Positions 47,608 through 55,969 of a stretch of 64,000 nucleotides of DNA are shown here, one piece after another; within the stretch, counting starts at the first letter, position 1; each line of letters begins with the position of its first letter. The notes under the pieces were generated by a model that ran no database searches, was not told where the DNA came from, and saw only the letters and a list, made by a program, of their open reading frames with translations. Source of the stretch: an uncultured Phycisphaeraceae bacterium (GTDB lineage Bacteria; Planctomycetota; Phycisphaerae; Phycisphaerales; Phycisphaeraceae); assembly GCA_964425365.1 (NCBI GenBank), contig CAYRND010000001.1, positions 1,708-65,707 on the forward strand. Reading direction: 5' to 3'. Made by a program: the position numbers and the translations under genes.

Positions 47608-49740
47608 TCAGGATTTCAAGTGAATCAATGTACTGCTGAAGTCGCCGAACAGTTTGACGCCGATGCCCTGTTTCATGAGCGACTTGCCGCTGAAAGTGCC
47701 GAGATGGTCAATGGTATAACGTTGGTCGTCCTGCAGACCTCGGGGGTGGATGACCGGGAGCATATCGATATTCTCGAGAGAATGCAGCATGGCGAAGATG
47801 ACCGATTCGCGTTTGTCCGCTGTAACGTACTGTACTGCGGCCAGGTTGCTATCTCGCGGAGAGAGCAGCCGGTACAGGCGTCCTTCCTGGACAATGTGTC
47901 GGATCGACTTGTACGTTGTGATGTGATGCTTCGCGCGGGCCATGTCAAGGTCAGACCAGTGGTTCAGGTTACCGCCGATACCGAGAGATCCCATCATTGC
48001 GGAGTGGAAACGGTAATCCAATGAAAGGGTACGTTTATTGAGGCCGGTGGGTGAGTCGGTGACCCAGGCCATCATGACCTTCGGGCAGTACGCCAGAGAA
48101 AAACCTTCCTGAATCTTGAGTCGGTCGAACGCATCGGTGTTATCGCTGGTCCACGCCTGGTCGGTACGTTTGAGGATACCCAGGTCGACCCGGCCGCCGC
48201 CGCTGGCACACGTTTCGATCAGTACGCGAGGGAACTTCGCCTTCAGTCGGTCGAGCACGGCGTACAGGCCGTCCACATGGCGAACCCAAACCTCCCGCTG
48301 GTGTTCAATCGGGCACGCCGGGTATCCGGGTTCGCTGATCGCGCGATTGAAGTCCCACTTGATGAAATCAATGTTGAAATCCGTGAGCAGTTGGGAGAGC
48401 ATACTATGTATGTATTCACATACATCATTCCGGCAGAAGTTCAGGACAAGCTGGTTTCGCGCTTCGGTCCGCTGCCGGTTGGGGAAGTGATAGACCCAAT
48501 CGGGGTGCATGCGGTACAGGTCGCTGTCCGGGTTGACCATTTCGGGCTCGACCCACAGTCCGAAGTCCATTCCCAGGCCGTGAATGTGATCGATCAGCGG
48601 CGAGAGTCCATTCGGGAACTTCTCGCGGTTCACGTACCAGTCGCCGAGGCCGGCGTTATCACCGTTGCGTTTTCCGAACCAGCCGTCGTCGACCACGAAC
48701 ATTTCGACGCCGATCGATGCGGCCCGGTCGGCCAGTTTCATCTGGTCTGATTCGTTGATGGCGAACGCAGTGGCTTCCCATGAGTTGTAAAGGATTTTCC
48801 GCATTGTTCGTGCGTGTTCTCGTGGCAGGATATGGTCAAGCTGGTATTGGTGCAGGTTCCGGCTCATCTGCCCGAAACCGTATTGGGTGAATCCGCAGCT
48901 TACGGCGGGTGTGGTGAAGGCGTCGCCCGGCTCGAGGTGTCTGCGGAAATCGAAGTCGTGGACGCCGGCGTAGAGTGCCATGCGATTGTAATTGCCAAGC
49001 TCGGCGGTCATCCGCCAGTTGCCGCTGTAGTGCAGAGCGGCGAACCATACCTCGCCGCTTTCCTCGGTTGCCTCGCAGGCGTCGATCGCGCACCACGGGT
49101 TCGATTCGTGGCTGGTGAAGCCCCGCCTGCTTTCGATCACTTTTTTACCTTCCGTGAGCAGGTCGCGTCTGATCTGGAATTCGCCGACCCACCTGCCGGT
49201 GACGTGTGACATGCGATACCTACGCCCGCGTGGCATGTGAAGAGCCGCACTCATCACCGTTTCCAGATCAATCGAATGCTTTGAAAGGTTGCGGATTTCC
49301 ACCCACCGGTCGATCAGGTCGCAATCATCGATGACGCGGTAATGCAGGGAGATCGCCAGGCCGTAATGTTCGTCGGATAATTCGACCGTGAGATGATCAT
49401 CCTGTTGCGTGTGCCCGACGTAGTCGGGTCGGCAGTCACGCACGCCGTCGTGGTAGCAGAGCTTGAGGCACGGTTCGTGGTAGTTCAGGCCGTCCATGTG
49501 TGTGGGATATTCGAGGTTGAGCACGGATTGTAACGACGACGGATGCATCACGGGATGTTCGGGCACTCCGCCGCCCCAGAACATTGCGGTTTGCGGGTCG
49601 GCGTAGTCCGAATCGTACGGCAGCGAATTGTTCCAGTACACGTGCTGCAGCCGGTTGTTATCGTTGACGGCGAAGACATAAGCGGTACGGCGTGTTTCGA
49701 GGATCCACATTCTGCGATTTTCAAGGTAGCGTATTGACAT
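47608..49740 (-). CDS. Alpha-galactosidase, GH36
   Basis: 710 aa, with KWDFNR, ETCASGGGRVDLG and WTSDNTDAFDRLKIQEGFS, which are typical of GH36. Confidence 0.85.
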   Translation of the reverse strand: MSIRYLENRRMWILETRRTAYVFAVNDNNRLQHVYWNNSLPYDSDYADPQTAMFWGGGVPEHPVMHPSSLQSVLNLEYPTHMDGLNYHEPCLKLCYHDGVRDCRPDYVGHTQQDDHLTVELSDEHYGLAISLHYRVIDDCDLIDRWVEIRNLSKHSIDLETVMSAALHMPRGRRYRMSHVTGRWVGEFQIRRDLLTEGKKVIESRRGFTSHESNPWCAIDACEATEESGEVWFAALHYSGNWRMTAELGNYNRMALYAGVHDFDFRRHLEPGDAFTTPAVSCGFTQYGFGQMSRNLHQYQLDHILPREHARTMRKILYNSWEATAFAINESDQMKLADRAASIGVEMFVVDDGWFGKRNGDNAGLGDWYVNREKFPNGLSPLIDHIHGLGMDFGLWVEPEMVNPDSDLYRMHPDWVYHFPNRQRTEARNQLVLNFCRNDVCEYIHSMLSQLLTDFNIDFIKWDFNRAISEPGYPACPIEHQREVWVRHVDGLYAVLDRLKAKFPRVLIETCASGGGRVDLGILKRTDQAWTSDNTDAFDRLKIQEGFSLAYCPKVMMAWVTDSPTGLNKRTLSLDYRFHSAMMGSLGIGGNLNHWSDLDMARAKHHITTYKSIRHIVQEGRLYRLLSPRDSNLAAVQYVTADKRESVIFAMLHSLENIDMLPVIHPRGLQDDQRYTIDHLGTFSGKSLMKQGIGVKLFGDFSSTLIHLKS

Positions 49741-49806
49741 GGTTCTGACTCACCTCGTTAGTCTGGTTCGGTGTGGGGGAATCGGGTGTCGGAGTGTTAG
49801 CGAATT

Positions 49807-50310
49807 TCAGCGTTCGATCGGGCCGTCGAGTTTCGGGACGCGTCGGACCATTAGCGGCAGGGTCTTCTGGTGGTAACCGTCGAGGCTGACGTCGAGCGAG
49901 TAATCGCCGAATTGATTGAACCGCATGTCCTGCACCTGGACAATCACATTCGCCACACCCGAGGACAGCTCGTCGGGGAACTGGACGTTCATTTCGCCGT
50001 CCAGTGGTGGCATCATACTGTTGCCGTCTGCGTCGACGATAGTGATCCGCATGGCATGTTGCCCGCGTTCCTCGCGGTTGAACCGGAAGCGAACGACCAC
50101 GACGCACTGCTGGTGGATCACGGGCACATCGCGAGCCCAGAGTACATCGAAGGCTCCCAGGATATTGAGTTTTCCGCCCGATTCCGTCGCCGCGTCACAT
50201 AATGTGTATAGTTCAATAACCACCTGGTTCTCACTTTGACTGTTATGATGATAAGTACCGGCCCCGATTTCGAGGCACTGAACTTGACAAACCTGGTCAG
50301 CCCGGAACAT
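49807..50310 (-). CDS. Hypothetical protein (start uncertain)
   Basis: 167-aa ORF with a non-repetitive, beta-rich sequence (..IELYTLCDAATESGGKLNILGAFD..). No motif that I can name with confidence. Confidence 0.5.
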   Translation of the reverse strand: MFRADQVCQVQCLEIGAGTYHHNSQSENQVVIELYTLCDAATESGGKLNILGAFDVLWARDVPVIHQQCVVVVRFRFNREERGQHAMRITIVDADGNSMMPPLDGEMNVQFPDELSSGVANVIVQVQDMRFNQFGDYSLDVSLDGYHQKTLPLMVRRVPKLDGPIER

Positions 50311-50326
50311 CGATGTAACAGGGCAT

Positions 50327-50776
50327 TTACTGAGCGGCTTCGATTGCCTGGACTTTTTCGAGCCGGCGGAGGAACCGCTGTTCGCCGGCGAACGAGGCGG
50401 TGAGGAAGCTCTTGACCAGAACCCCGGCGACGGCGACGCCGATGACTCTTGAGCCGAGGCAGAGCACGTTCATATCGTCGTGTTCGACGCCCTGCCTGGC
50501 GGAGTAGCAGTCGTGGCAGACCGATGCACGAACGCCTTTGTGCTTATTGGCGACGATAGAAGCGCCGACGCCTGAGCCGCAGAGCATGACCCCGCGGTCG
50601 GCCTGGCCGTGTTGAATTGCCTGGCTGACGTATCGTGCGAAGTCGGGGTAGTCGTCTGTTTCGACGAATTTGTGCGCGCCCAGGTCGAGCACTTCGTGGC
50701 CGAGTTTGGCGATGAGTTCGATTAAAGGTTCTTTGAGTGCGAATCCGCCGTGGTCACAGGCAATAGCAACTTTCAT
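50327..50776 (-). CDS. rpiB: Ribose-5-phosphate isomerase B (RpiB/LacAB family)
   Basis: MKVAIACDHGGFALKEPL.., GVMLCGSGVGASIVANK and NVLCLGSRVIG. I prefer the start at 50776 (MKVAI) over the track start at 50875. Confidence 0.88.
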   Translation of the reverse strand: MKVAIACDHGGFALKEPLIELIAKLGHEVLDLGAHKFVETDDYPDFARYVSQAIQHGQADRGVMLCGSGVGASIVANKHKGVRASVCHDCYSARQGVEHDDMNVLCLGSRVIGVAVAGVLVKSFLTASFAGEQRFLRRLEKVQAIEAAQ

Positions 50777-50939
50777 AAAATTCCGCTCCAACCGGTTACG
50801 GGTGGTCCGGGATGTTCCCGAGTTGTCCGGGAGTCCGGGAGGCGGCCGGGCCGCAACCCCGAATCTCTGTATCAATTTACCATCCTAACCGGAGAGGGTA
50901 TGGCCGTAAAATGTCGGCGTGATGCGTGGATGAATGAGT

Positions 50940-51780
50940 GGGGGCGGTAAAGTTCAAGGTTGGGGGGAGGATTATTGTGTGTGGGTTGGGGGGTGGGGGA
51001 GTGTATTTACCATGAGATTGGTGAGGGAGATGAAGAAGTGTGATTGTCTTTATTGCTGTAAGTGCTTGTCAGAGTCATAGATGCTCATAGATGCGCGCGT
51101 GAAGTTGCTGTAGGGTCATGTTTTGCAGGTATTTAGGTTGTGCTCCATAGATGCGCGGGTGGGGGAGTGTGAAGCGGCTTGGGGCGTGAAGCGGCTTGGG
51201 GCTTGAGGCTTGGGGCTTGGGGCTTGGGGTGGAGAACCATGGGGCAAGGGAGGGAGTTCAAGGTTGGGGATAGTGGTCGGATTCTGCATCGGGGTCGGGG
51301 TCGGGATCGGGGTCGGGTATCGGTCTTCGGTATTTCGGATTTTTTATTGCACGCTGAGGCGTGGAGGTCGCGGAGGAGAGGTTTGTTATTCGCAGAAGTG
51401 GAGGGATGGGCGCAGATAGTTGATGGTTTTTACCATGAAGGCCGTGACGGACATGAAGGATTCAGATCGGATGGGAGTGGGGGGAATTCATTGCGGATTC
51501 TGTCTTTTGGGTTTCGGATTGGGGGTGGGGACAATGATTAATGAGGTGTTGTAGTGATGTGGTGATGTGGGTGATGTGGGTGATCGAATGGGGTGTGGTG
51601 TGTGTGTGGGGCGTGTGTGTTGGGGGAATAGGTATGCGTCTTTGTCTGGCTTGGGGCGATTTGATATGATTTGCGGCGGAAGTGCGGTTGGGATTTACAT
51701 TTAGAATGATTCTAAAGTACGGGCGTTGTGTGTTGGGCGATATCAGCCGGGTTGGGAGTGTTTTTATCATTAATGGCTGA
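50940..51780. repeat. G/T-rich, C-depleted non-coding region built from short tandem repeats
   Basis: On the plus strand: a 17-mer GTGAAGCGGCTTGGGGC twice (51169-51202); TTGGGGC/TTGAGGC five times (51196-51230); GGGGTC-type hexamers (51291-51338); GTGATGTGG about three times (51553-51585); a GT/GGT tract (51590-51626); CATAGATGC three times (51077-51155); duplicated AGTTCAAGGTTGGGG (50951, 51256); and duplicated TTTACCATGA(G/A).. elements (51006, 51430). Several 60-nt lines contain only 2-6 C. Confidence 0.85.
51352..51376 (+). repeat. (CGCGGAGN)x3-type octamer repeat, copy D (degenerate)
   Basis: gCA CGCTGAGG CGTGGAGG t CGCGGAGG agagg. Confidence 0.6.
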
Positions 51781-51908
51781 CTGGTTCAGGTATGGTATTT
51801 TACGTGGAAAGCCGGTTTTCAGTAACAGGCTGGTCGTAATAAAGGATCACGAAAGGTCGAGATAGATATGAATGCCATGTTTGAAACAATCGCGTTTTGT
51901 AACAACTG

Positions 51909-54764
51909 ATGAATACGGTTTATCACAGTCAATATTGGGCAAATGCGCTTACTTTGAGAGGGTCGGGTGGAGATATCGATTCACTCACAAAATCGATTGC
52001 CAATGCCCGTGTCGACCTGAATCCGCATCAGATCGATGCCGCGCTATTTGCATTACGTTCGCCGTTTACGAACGGTGCTGTTCTGGCTGACGAGGTGGGC
52101 TTGGGCAAGACGGTGGAAGCGGGGATTGTGCTGTCGCAGCGATGGGCGGAACGTCGTCGTCGGATATTGATTATCGTGCCTGCGATGCTTCGCAATCAGT
52201 GGCAGCAGGAGTTGATTGAGAAATTCTTTATTGCCTCGGAAGTGCTGGATTCGAAGGGTTACAAACGCTTCAGCAAGGATGGCCTGGCCAACCCATTCGA
52301 TCAGAAAGACAAGGCGATCATCTGTTCATATAATTTCGCTGTATCGAGAACCGCTGAATTGTCACAAATTCCATGGGATCTGGTGGTTATTGACGAAGCC
52401 CACCGTCTGCGAAACGTCTATCGCTCTCGAACACGCATACAGAACAACCCTGACGCCAGAAAAACAATGGCCCACCGCATAACCGATTCGTTGGGCAATG
52501 CTTCGAAGCTTCTGTTAACCGCCACACCACTCCAGAATTCTTTACTTGAATTGTTCAGTCTGGTAAGCGTCATCGACCCGCATGTGTTCGGTGATGTTGC
52601 ATCGTTTCGCGAGCAGTTCATCAATAATCCTGACGAAGTCACTCGGAATCTGTCACTTAAGCAACGGATTACCCCGGTCTGCACACGTACCTTGCGAAAG
52701 CAGGTCATCGAGTATATTCCATTCACCAATCGCATCCCGATCACGCAGGAATTTCTGCCTACTGATGAGGAGCAGGCATTATATGATGAGATTACCTCTT
52801 ACCTGCAGCGGGAGGTGCTTTATGCTCTTCCGGCGAGCCAGCGTCGGCTTATCACAATGGTGCTCCGTAAGCTGCTGGCATCGTCCACATTCGCGATTGC
52901 CCGAACGCTTCGGCGTCTTGCTGACCGTCTGGAGAATCTGGGTGAAGCCCTGGACCTTTTCGATGACGAAGATATCGAGGGCATTGATGAGATCGCAGAT
53001 GAGTATGAAGAAGATACCGATTCCGATCCTGATAGCGGTCGGATTGTTCCTGAGAAGTTAAAAAGTGAACTGTCCGACCTTCGCCGGTATGCGGAACTCG
53101 CCGCCGACATCAGTCATAACGCAAAAGGCGACAAGCTTCTCCCGGCACTTCAGATAGCTTTCGCCAGAGCTGAGGAGATTGGCTCGGCACGCAAGGCCGT
53201 TATATTCACCGAGTCACGCGAAACGCAGATGTACCTTTACAAATTGTTGAATGCCAATGGATACGAGGGTCAGGCGGTTACGATTAACGGTACGAACAAA
53301 CAGCCGCATCATGCCGCCATTTACGAGCAGTGGCTTGTTAAGCATAAGGGAACGGACCGGGTCACGGGCTCTCGCGCGATCGACATGAAAGCGGCCATTG
53401 TCGAGTATTTCCGCGACGAGGCAACCATTCTTATCGCCACCGAGGCTGCCGCCGAGGGCGTCAACCTCCAGTTCTGCTCACTGGTGGTGAATTTTGATCT
53501 TCCATGGAACCCACAGCGTATTGAGCAGCGTATCGGCCGGTGCCACCGGTACGGCCAGAAGCATGATGTGGTTGTCGTCAACTTTCTGAATCTTCGTAAT
53601 GAGGCGGACAAACGTGTCTATGAACTTCTGAGTGAGAAATTCAAGCTTTTCGATGGCGTATTCGGCGCTTCCGACGAAGTTCTGGGTGCTCTCGAATCGG
53701 GGGTGGACATTGAGCGGCGTATCGCCGAGGTTTACCAGACCTGCCGCACCAGTGAAGAAATCAAAACGGCATTTGATGCATTACAGGCGGAGCTTGACGC
53801 GAAAATTCAAGCACGTCTTGCCGCAACTCGCCGGGCTTTGCTGGAGCATTTCGACGAGGATGTCCGCTATCGTCTGAAAATCAACCGGGAAAAAACGATT
53901 GAATTTCTATCGCAGCGGGAACGCTGGTTACTCGAATTGACACGGGTTGAACTTAACGGTGATGCCCGTTTTGATGATCAAAGGCCCAGATTCCATTATT
54001 CCGGCCCTGACGCCGGACAAGGCTGGTACAATCTGGCCTGGAAAGAGGCGGAAGCTACCGACGAGCATTTCTACCGTCCCGATCATCCGCTGGCCCTACA
54101 TCTGATCAATCAGGCCAAGGCCCGGCAGTTACCCGCAGCCGAGGTTGTATTCGACTACACGAATCACCCGTCGAAGATCAGCATTTTCGAGCCATTGGTC
54201 GGCCAGTCCGGCTGGCTGGAAGTTTCCAAACTTACGGTATCGGCCGTGGAGGTGGACGAGTTTCTTGTTTTCGCTTGTAGAACTGACCATAACCAGCGAT
54301 TGGACGAGGACATCTGCCGGAAGCTCTTGTCGCTTTCCGCCGCAGTCGAATCGGAGGCTACTGACGCACCCAGTCTGGCCGTGATCCGCGATGCCGAAGT
54401 GAACGCCCGTCTCAAGGAGATCGACACCCGCAACGCCCGCTTCTTCGATGAGGAAGTCCTGAAGCTCGACTGTTGGAGCGAGGACCTGAAAATATCTCTG
54501 GAGCATGAGATCAAGGAGCTTGACAGGCAGATCCGCGAGCTTCGCCGCACGGCTGCTCTTGCTCAATCCCTCCAGGACAAGCTGACCCACCAGAAACAAC
54601 TGCGCGATCTCGAACGCCGCCGCAACGTGAAGCGGCGCGAACTCTTCGACGCCCAGGACGCCATTGACACGCAGCGGGAAGAACTGATCGGTAAGATTGA
54701 GAAACAGTTGAAGCATACCAGCACCGTCCAAGCCCTGTTTACGATACGATGGAGGCTTTTATGA
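51909..54764 (+). CDS. SNF2-family helicase/translocase with a long coiled-coil C-terminal region
   Basis: Motif I LADEVGLGKT; Ia IIVPAMLRNQW; II VVIDEAHRLRN; III LLLTATPLQNSLLELFSL; V ILIATEAAAEGVNLQ; VI WNPQRIEQRIGRCHRYGQ. About 350 aa C-terminal to the helicase core end in a coiled coil, ..ELFDAQDAIDTQREELIGKIEKQLKH... Confidence 0.9.
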   Translation: MNTVYHSQYWANALTLRGSGGDIDSLTKSIANARVDLNPHQIDAALFALRSPFTNGAVLADEVGLGKTVEAGIVLSQRWAERRRRILIIVPAMLRNQWQQELIEKFFIASEVLDSKGYKRFSKDGLANPFDQKDKAIICSYNFAVSRTAELSQIPWDLVVIDEAHRLRNVYRSRTRIQNNPDARKTMAHRITDSLGNASKLLLTATPLQNSLLELFSLVSVIDPHVFGDVASFREQFINNPDEVTRNLSLKQRITPVCTRTLRKQVIEYIPFTNRIPITQEFLPTDEEQALYDEITSYLQREVLYALPASQRRLITMVLRKLLASSTFAIARTLRRLADRLENLGEALDLFDDEDIEGIDEIADEYEEDTDSDPDSGRIVPEKLKSELSDLRRYAELAADISHNAKGDKLLPALQIAFARAEEIGSARKAVIFTESRETQMYLYKLLNANGYEGQAVTINGTNKQPHHAAIYEQWLVKHKGTDRVTGSRAIDMKAAIVEYFRDEATILIATEAAAEGVNLQFCSLVVNFDLPWNPQRIEQRIGRCHRYGQKHDVVVVNFLNLRNEADKRVYELLSEKFKLFDGVFGASDEVLGALESGVDIERRIAEVYQTCRTSEEIKTAFDALQAELDAKIQARLAATRRALLEHFDEDVRYRLKINREKTIEFLSQRERWLLELTRVELNGDARFDDQRPRFHYSGPDAGQGWYNLAWKEAEATDEHFYRPDHPLALHLINQAKARQLPAAEVVFDYTNHPSKISIFEPLVGQSGWLEVSKLTVSAVEVDEFLVFACRTDHNQRLDEDICRKLLSLSAAVESEATDAPSLAVIRDAEVNARLKEIDTRNARFFDEEVLKLDCWSEDLKISLEHEIKELDRQIRELRRTAALAQSLQDKLTHQKQLRDLERRRNVKRRELFDAQDAIDTQREELIGKIEKQLKHTSTVQALFTIRWRLL

Positions 54765-55864
54765 CCGGTAAAATGCCCATACCCAGCCCTTCTCCTGACA
54801 CCAAAGGCTTCGAGCAGATCAAGCTCGTAAACTCGCACGGAGCCGAATACTGGATCGCCCGCGACTTGCAGGTTCTACTGGGCTACAGCCAGTGGCGGCG
54901 GTTCGAGGAGGCCATCTCCCGCGCCATAACCTCCTGCACCCAGTCAGGTAATGACCCCGCCCACCATTTTGCCGGTGCCGGCAAAATGGTCACGCTCGGC
55001 TCTGGCAGCCAGCGGGAAGTGCCCGACTATCACCTTTCCCGCTTCGCCTGCTACCTGATCGCCCAGAACGGCGACCCCCGTAAGCCGGAGATCGCCTTTG
55101 CCCAGAAGTATTTCGCCATCCAGACCCGCCGCCAGGAGTTGACCGACGCCTGCCGCCGCGACCAGGAGCGGCTGGAGCTGCGTCAGCAGACCAAGGAGGA
55201 GTACAAGGCCCTCTCCGGCGCGGCCCAGGATGCCGGCGTCCAGAGCCGGATGTTCGGCATCTTCCACGACGCCGGCTACAAGGGGCTCTACGGCGGGCTG
55301 GGCAACGAGCAGATCAAGTCCCGCAAGGGCATCCCCAAAGACGAAAACCTGATGGACCGCATGGACACCACTGAGCTGGCCGCCAACCAGTTCCGCATGA
55401 CACAGGCCCGAGAGAAGCTCGCACGTCAGCGAATCAAAGGCCAGCATCAGGCCATCGACACGCACAGGCAGGTGGGCAAGGAAGTCCGGGAGGCCATCAA
55501 ACGTATCGGCGGGACGATGCCTGAAAACCTGTCCCCCGGCGAACACATCAAGCAGGTGGAGAAGCGGCTGAAAAATTCTATCCCAAAACTTGAACTCGAA
55601 GGCTCCGACGCCAAAGGATTGACTGGCGATGAGGACAACAAATGGATAACGAAAATCCAACTCAGGCAAAATCGAGATTCAGTGGACTGCAACCAAAGGC
55701 GTAAAAACGATGATTTCAGGAAGAATGTTACGAGCAAACGCAAGCAACCGGCGATTGCCATCTGTTACGACTTTGATGGAACGCTTTCACTTGGGAATAT
55801 GCAGGAACATGAGTTTATATCAGAGAAGAAGTTCACGCGGAGGCGCGGAGACGTGGAGGGGTAG
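54761..55864 (+). CDS. dinD: DNA-damage-inducible protein D (DinD) homologue, reading through into a foreign fragment of about 75 aa
   Basis: FEQIKLVNSHGAEYWIARDL.., ..FACYLIAQNGDPRKPEIAFAQKYFAIQTRRQEL.., ..GYKGLYGG.. and ..TELAANQFRMTQ.. are co-linear with E. coli DinD as I remember it. ATGA overlap with the SNF2 stop. The tail contains KQPAIAICYDFDGTLS (HAD motif I, DxDxT) and then the octamer repeat. Confidence 0.8.
   Translation: MTGKMPIPSPSPDTKGFEQIKLVNSHGAEYWIARDLQVLLGYSQWRRFEEAISRAITSCTQSGNDPAHHFAGAGKMVTLGSGSQREVPDYHLSRFACYLIAQNGDPRKPEIAFAQKYFAIQTRRQELTDACRRDQERLELRQQTKEEYKALSGAAQDAGVQSRMFGIFHDAGYKGLYGGLGNEQIKSRKGIPKDENLMDRMDTTELAANQFRMTQAREKLARQRIKGQHQAIDTHRQVGKEVREAIKRIGGTMPENLSPGEHIKQVEKRLKNSIPKLELEGSDAKGLTGDEDNKWITKIQLRQNRDSVDCNQRRKNDDFRKNVTSKRKQPAIAICYDFDGTLSLGNMQEHEFISEKKFTRRRGDVEG
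55836..55859 (+). repeat. (CGCGGAGN)x3 octamer repeat, copy A
   Basis: tCA CGCGGAGG CGCGGAGA CGTGGAGG gg. It lies at the 3' end of the DinD read-through ORF, right after the HAD-like fragment. Confidence 0.8.
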
Positions 55865-55969
55865 AGGTTATGAATTACCCATAACTGTTTTTGTGAACTC
55901 TGATACTCTGCGTGAGAAAGCGCATATCAAGGGCGATTGTTTTTATTATTTGATTCCAGGGGTATCGGT

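Noticed and set aside
51179-51770. ORFs 51179..51541 (+, G/R-rich), 51210..51419 (+) and 51462..51770 (-, T/H/P-rich)
   Set aside because: These are translations of the G/T-rich microsatellite region. They have extreme low complexity and no start context, so they are not credible genes.
50940-51780. Possible CRISPR array or telomere-like function for the repeat patchwork
   Set aside because: The repeat units are 6-17 bp and directly tandem, without unique spacers of regular length, and no cas genes are present. The TTGGGGC resemblance to ciliate telomeres is most likely coincidental in a bacterial chromosome interior.
54944-55669. A 241-aa minus-strand ORF opposite dinD, and a similar 325-aa ORF at 56231..57208 opposite the AlbA_2 gene
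   Set aside because: The plus-strand frames match well-known families over their whole length. The antisense frames are repetitive (L/G/A-rich) and have no motifs.
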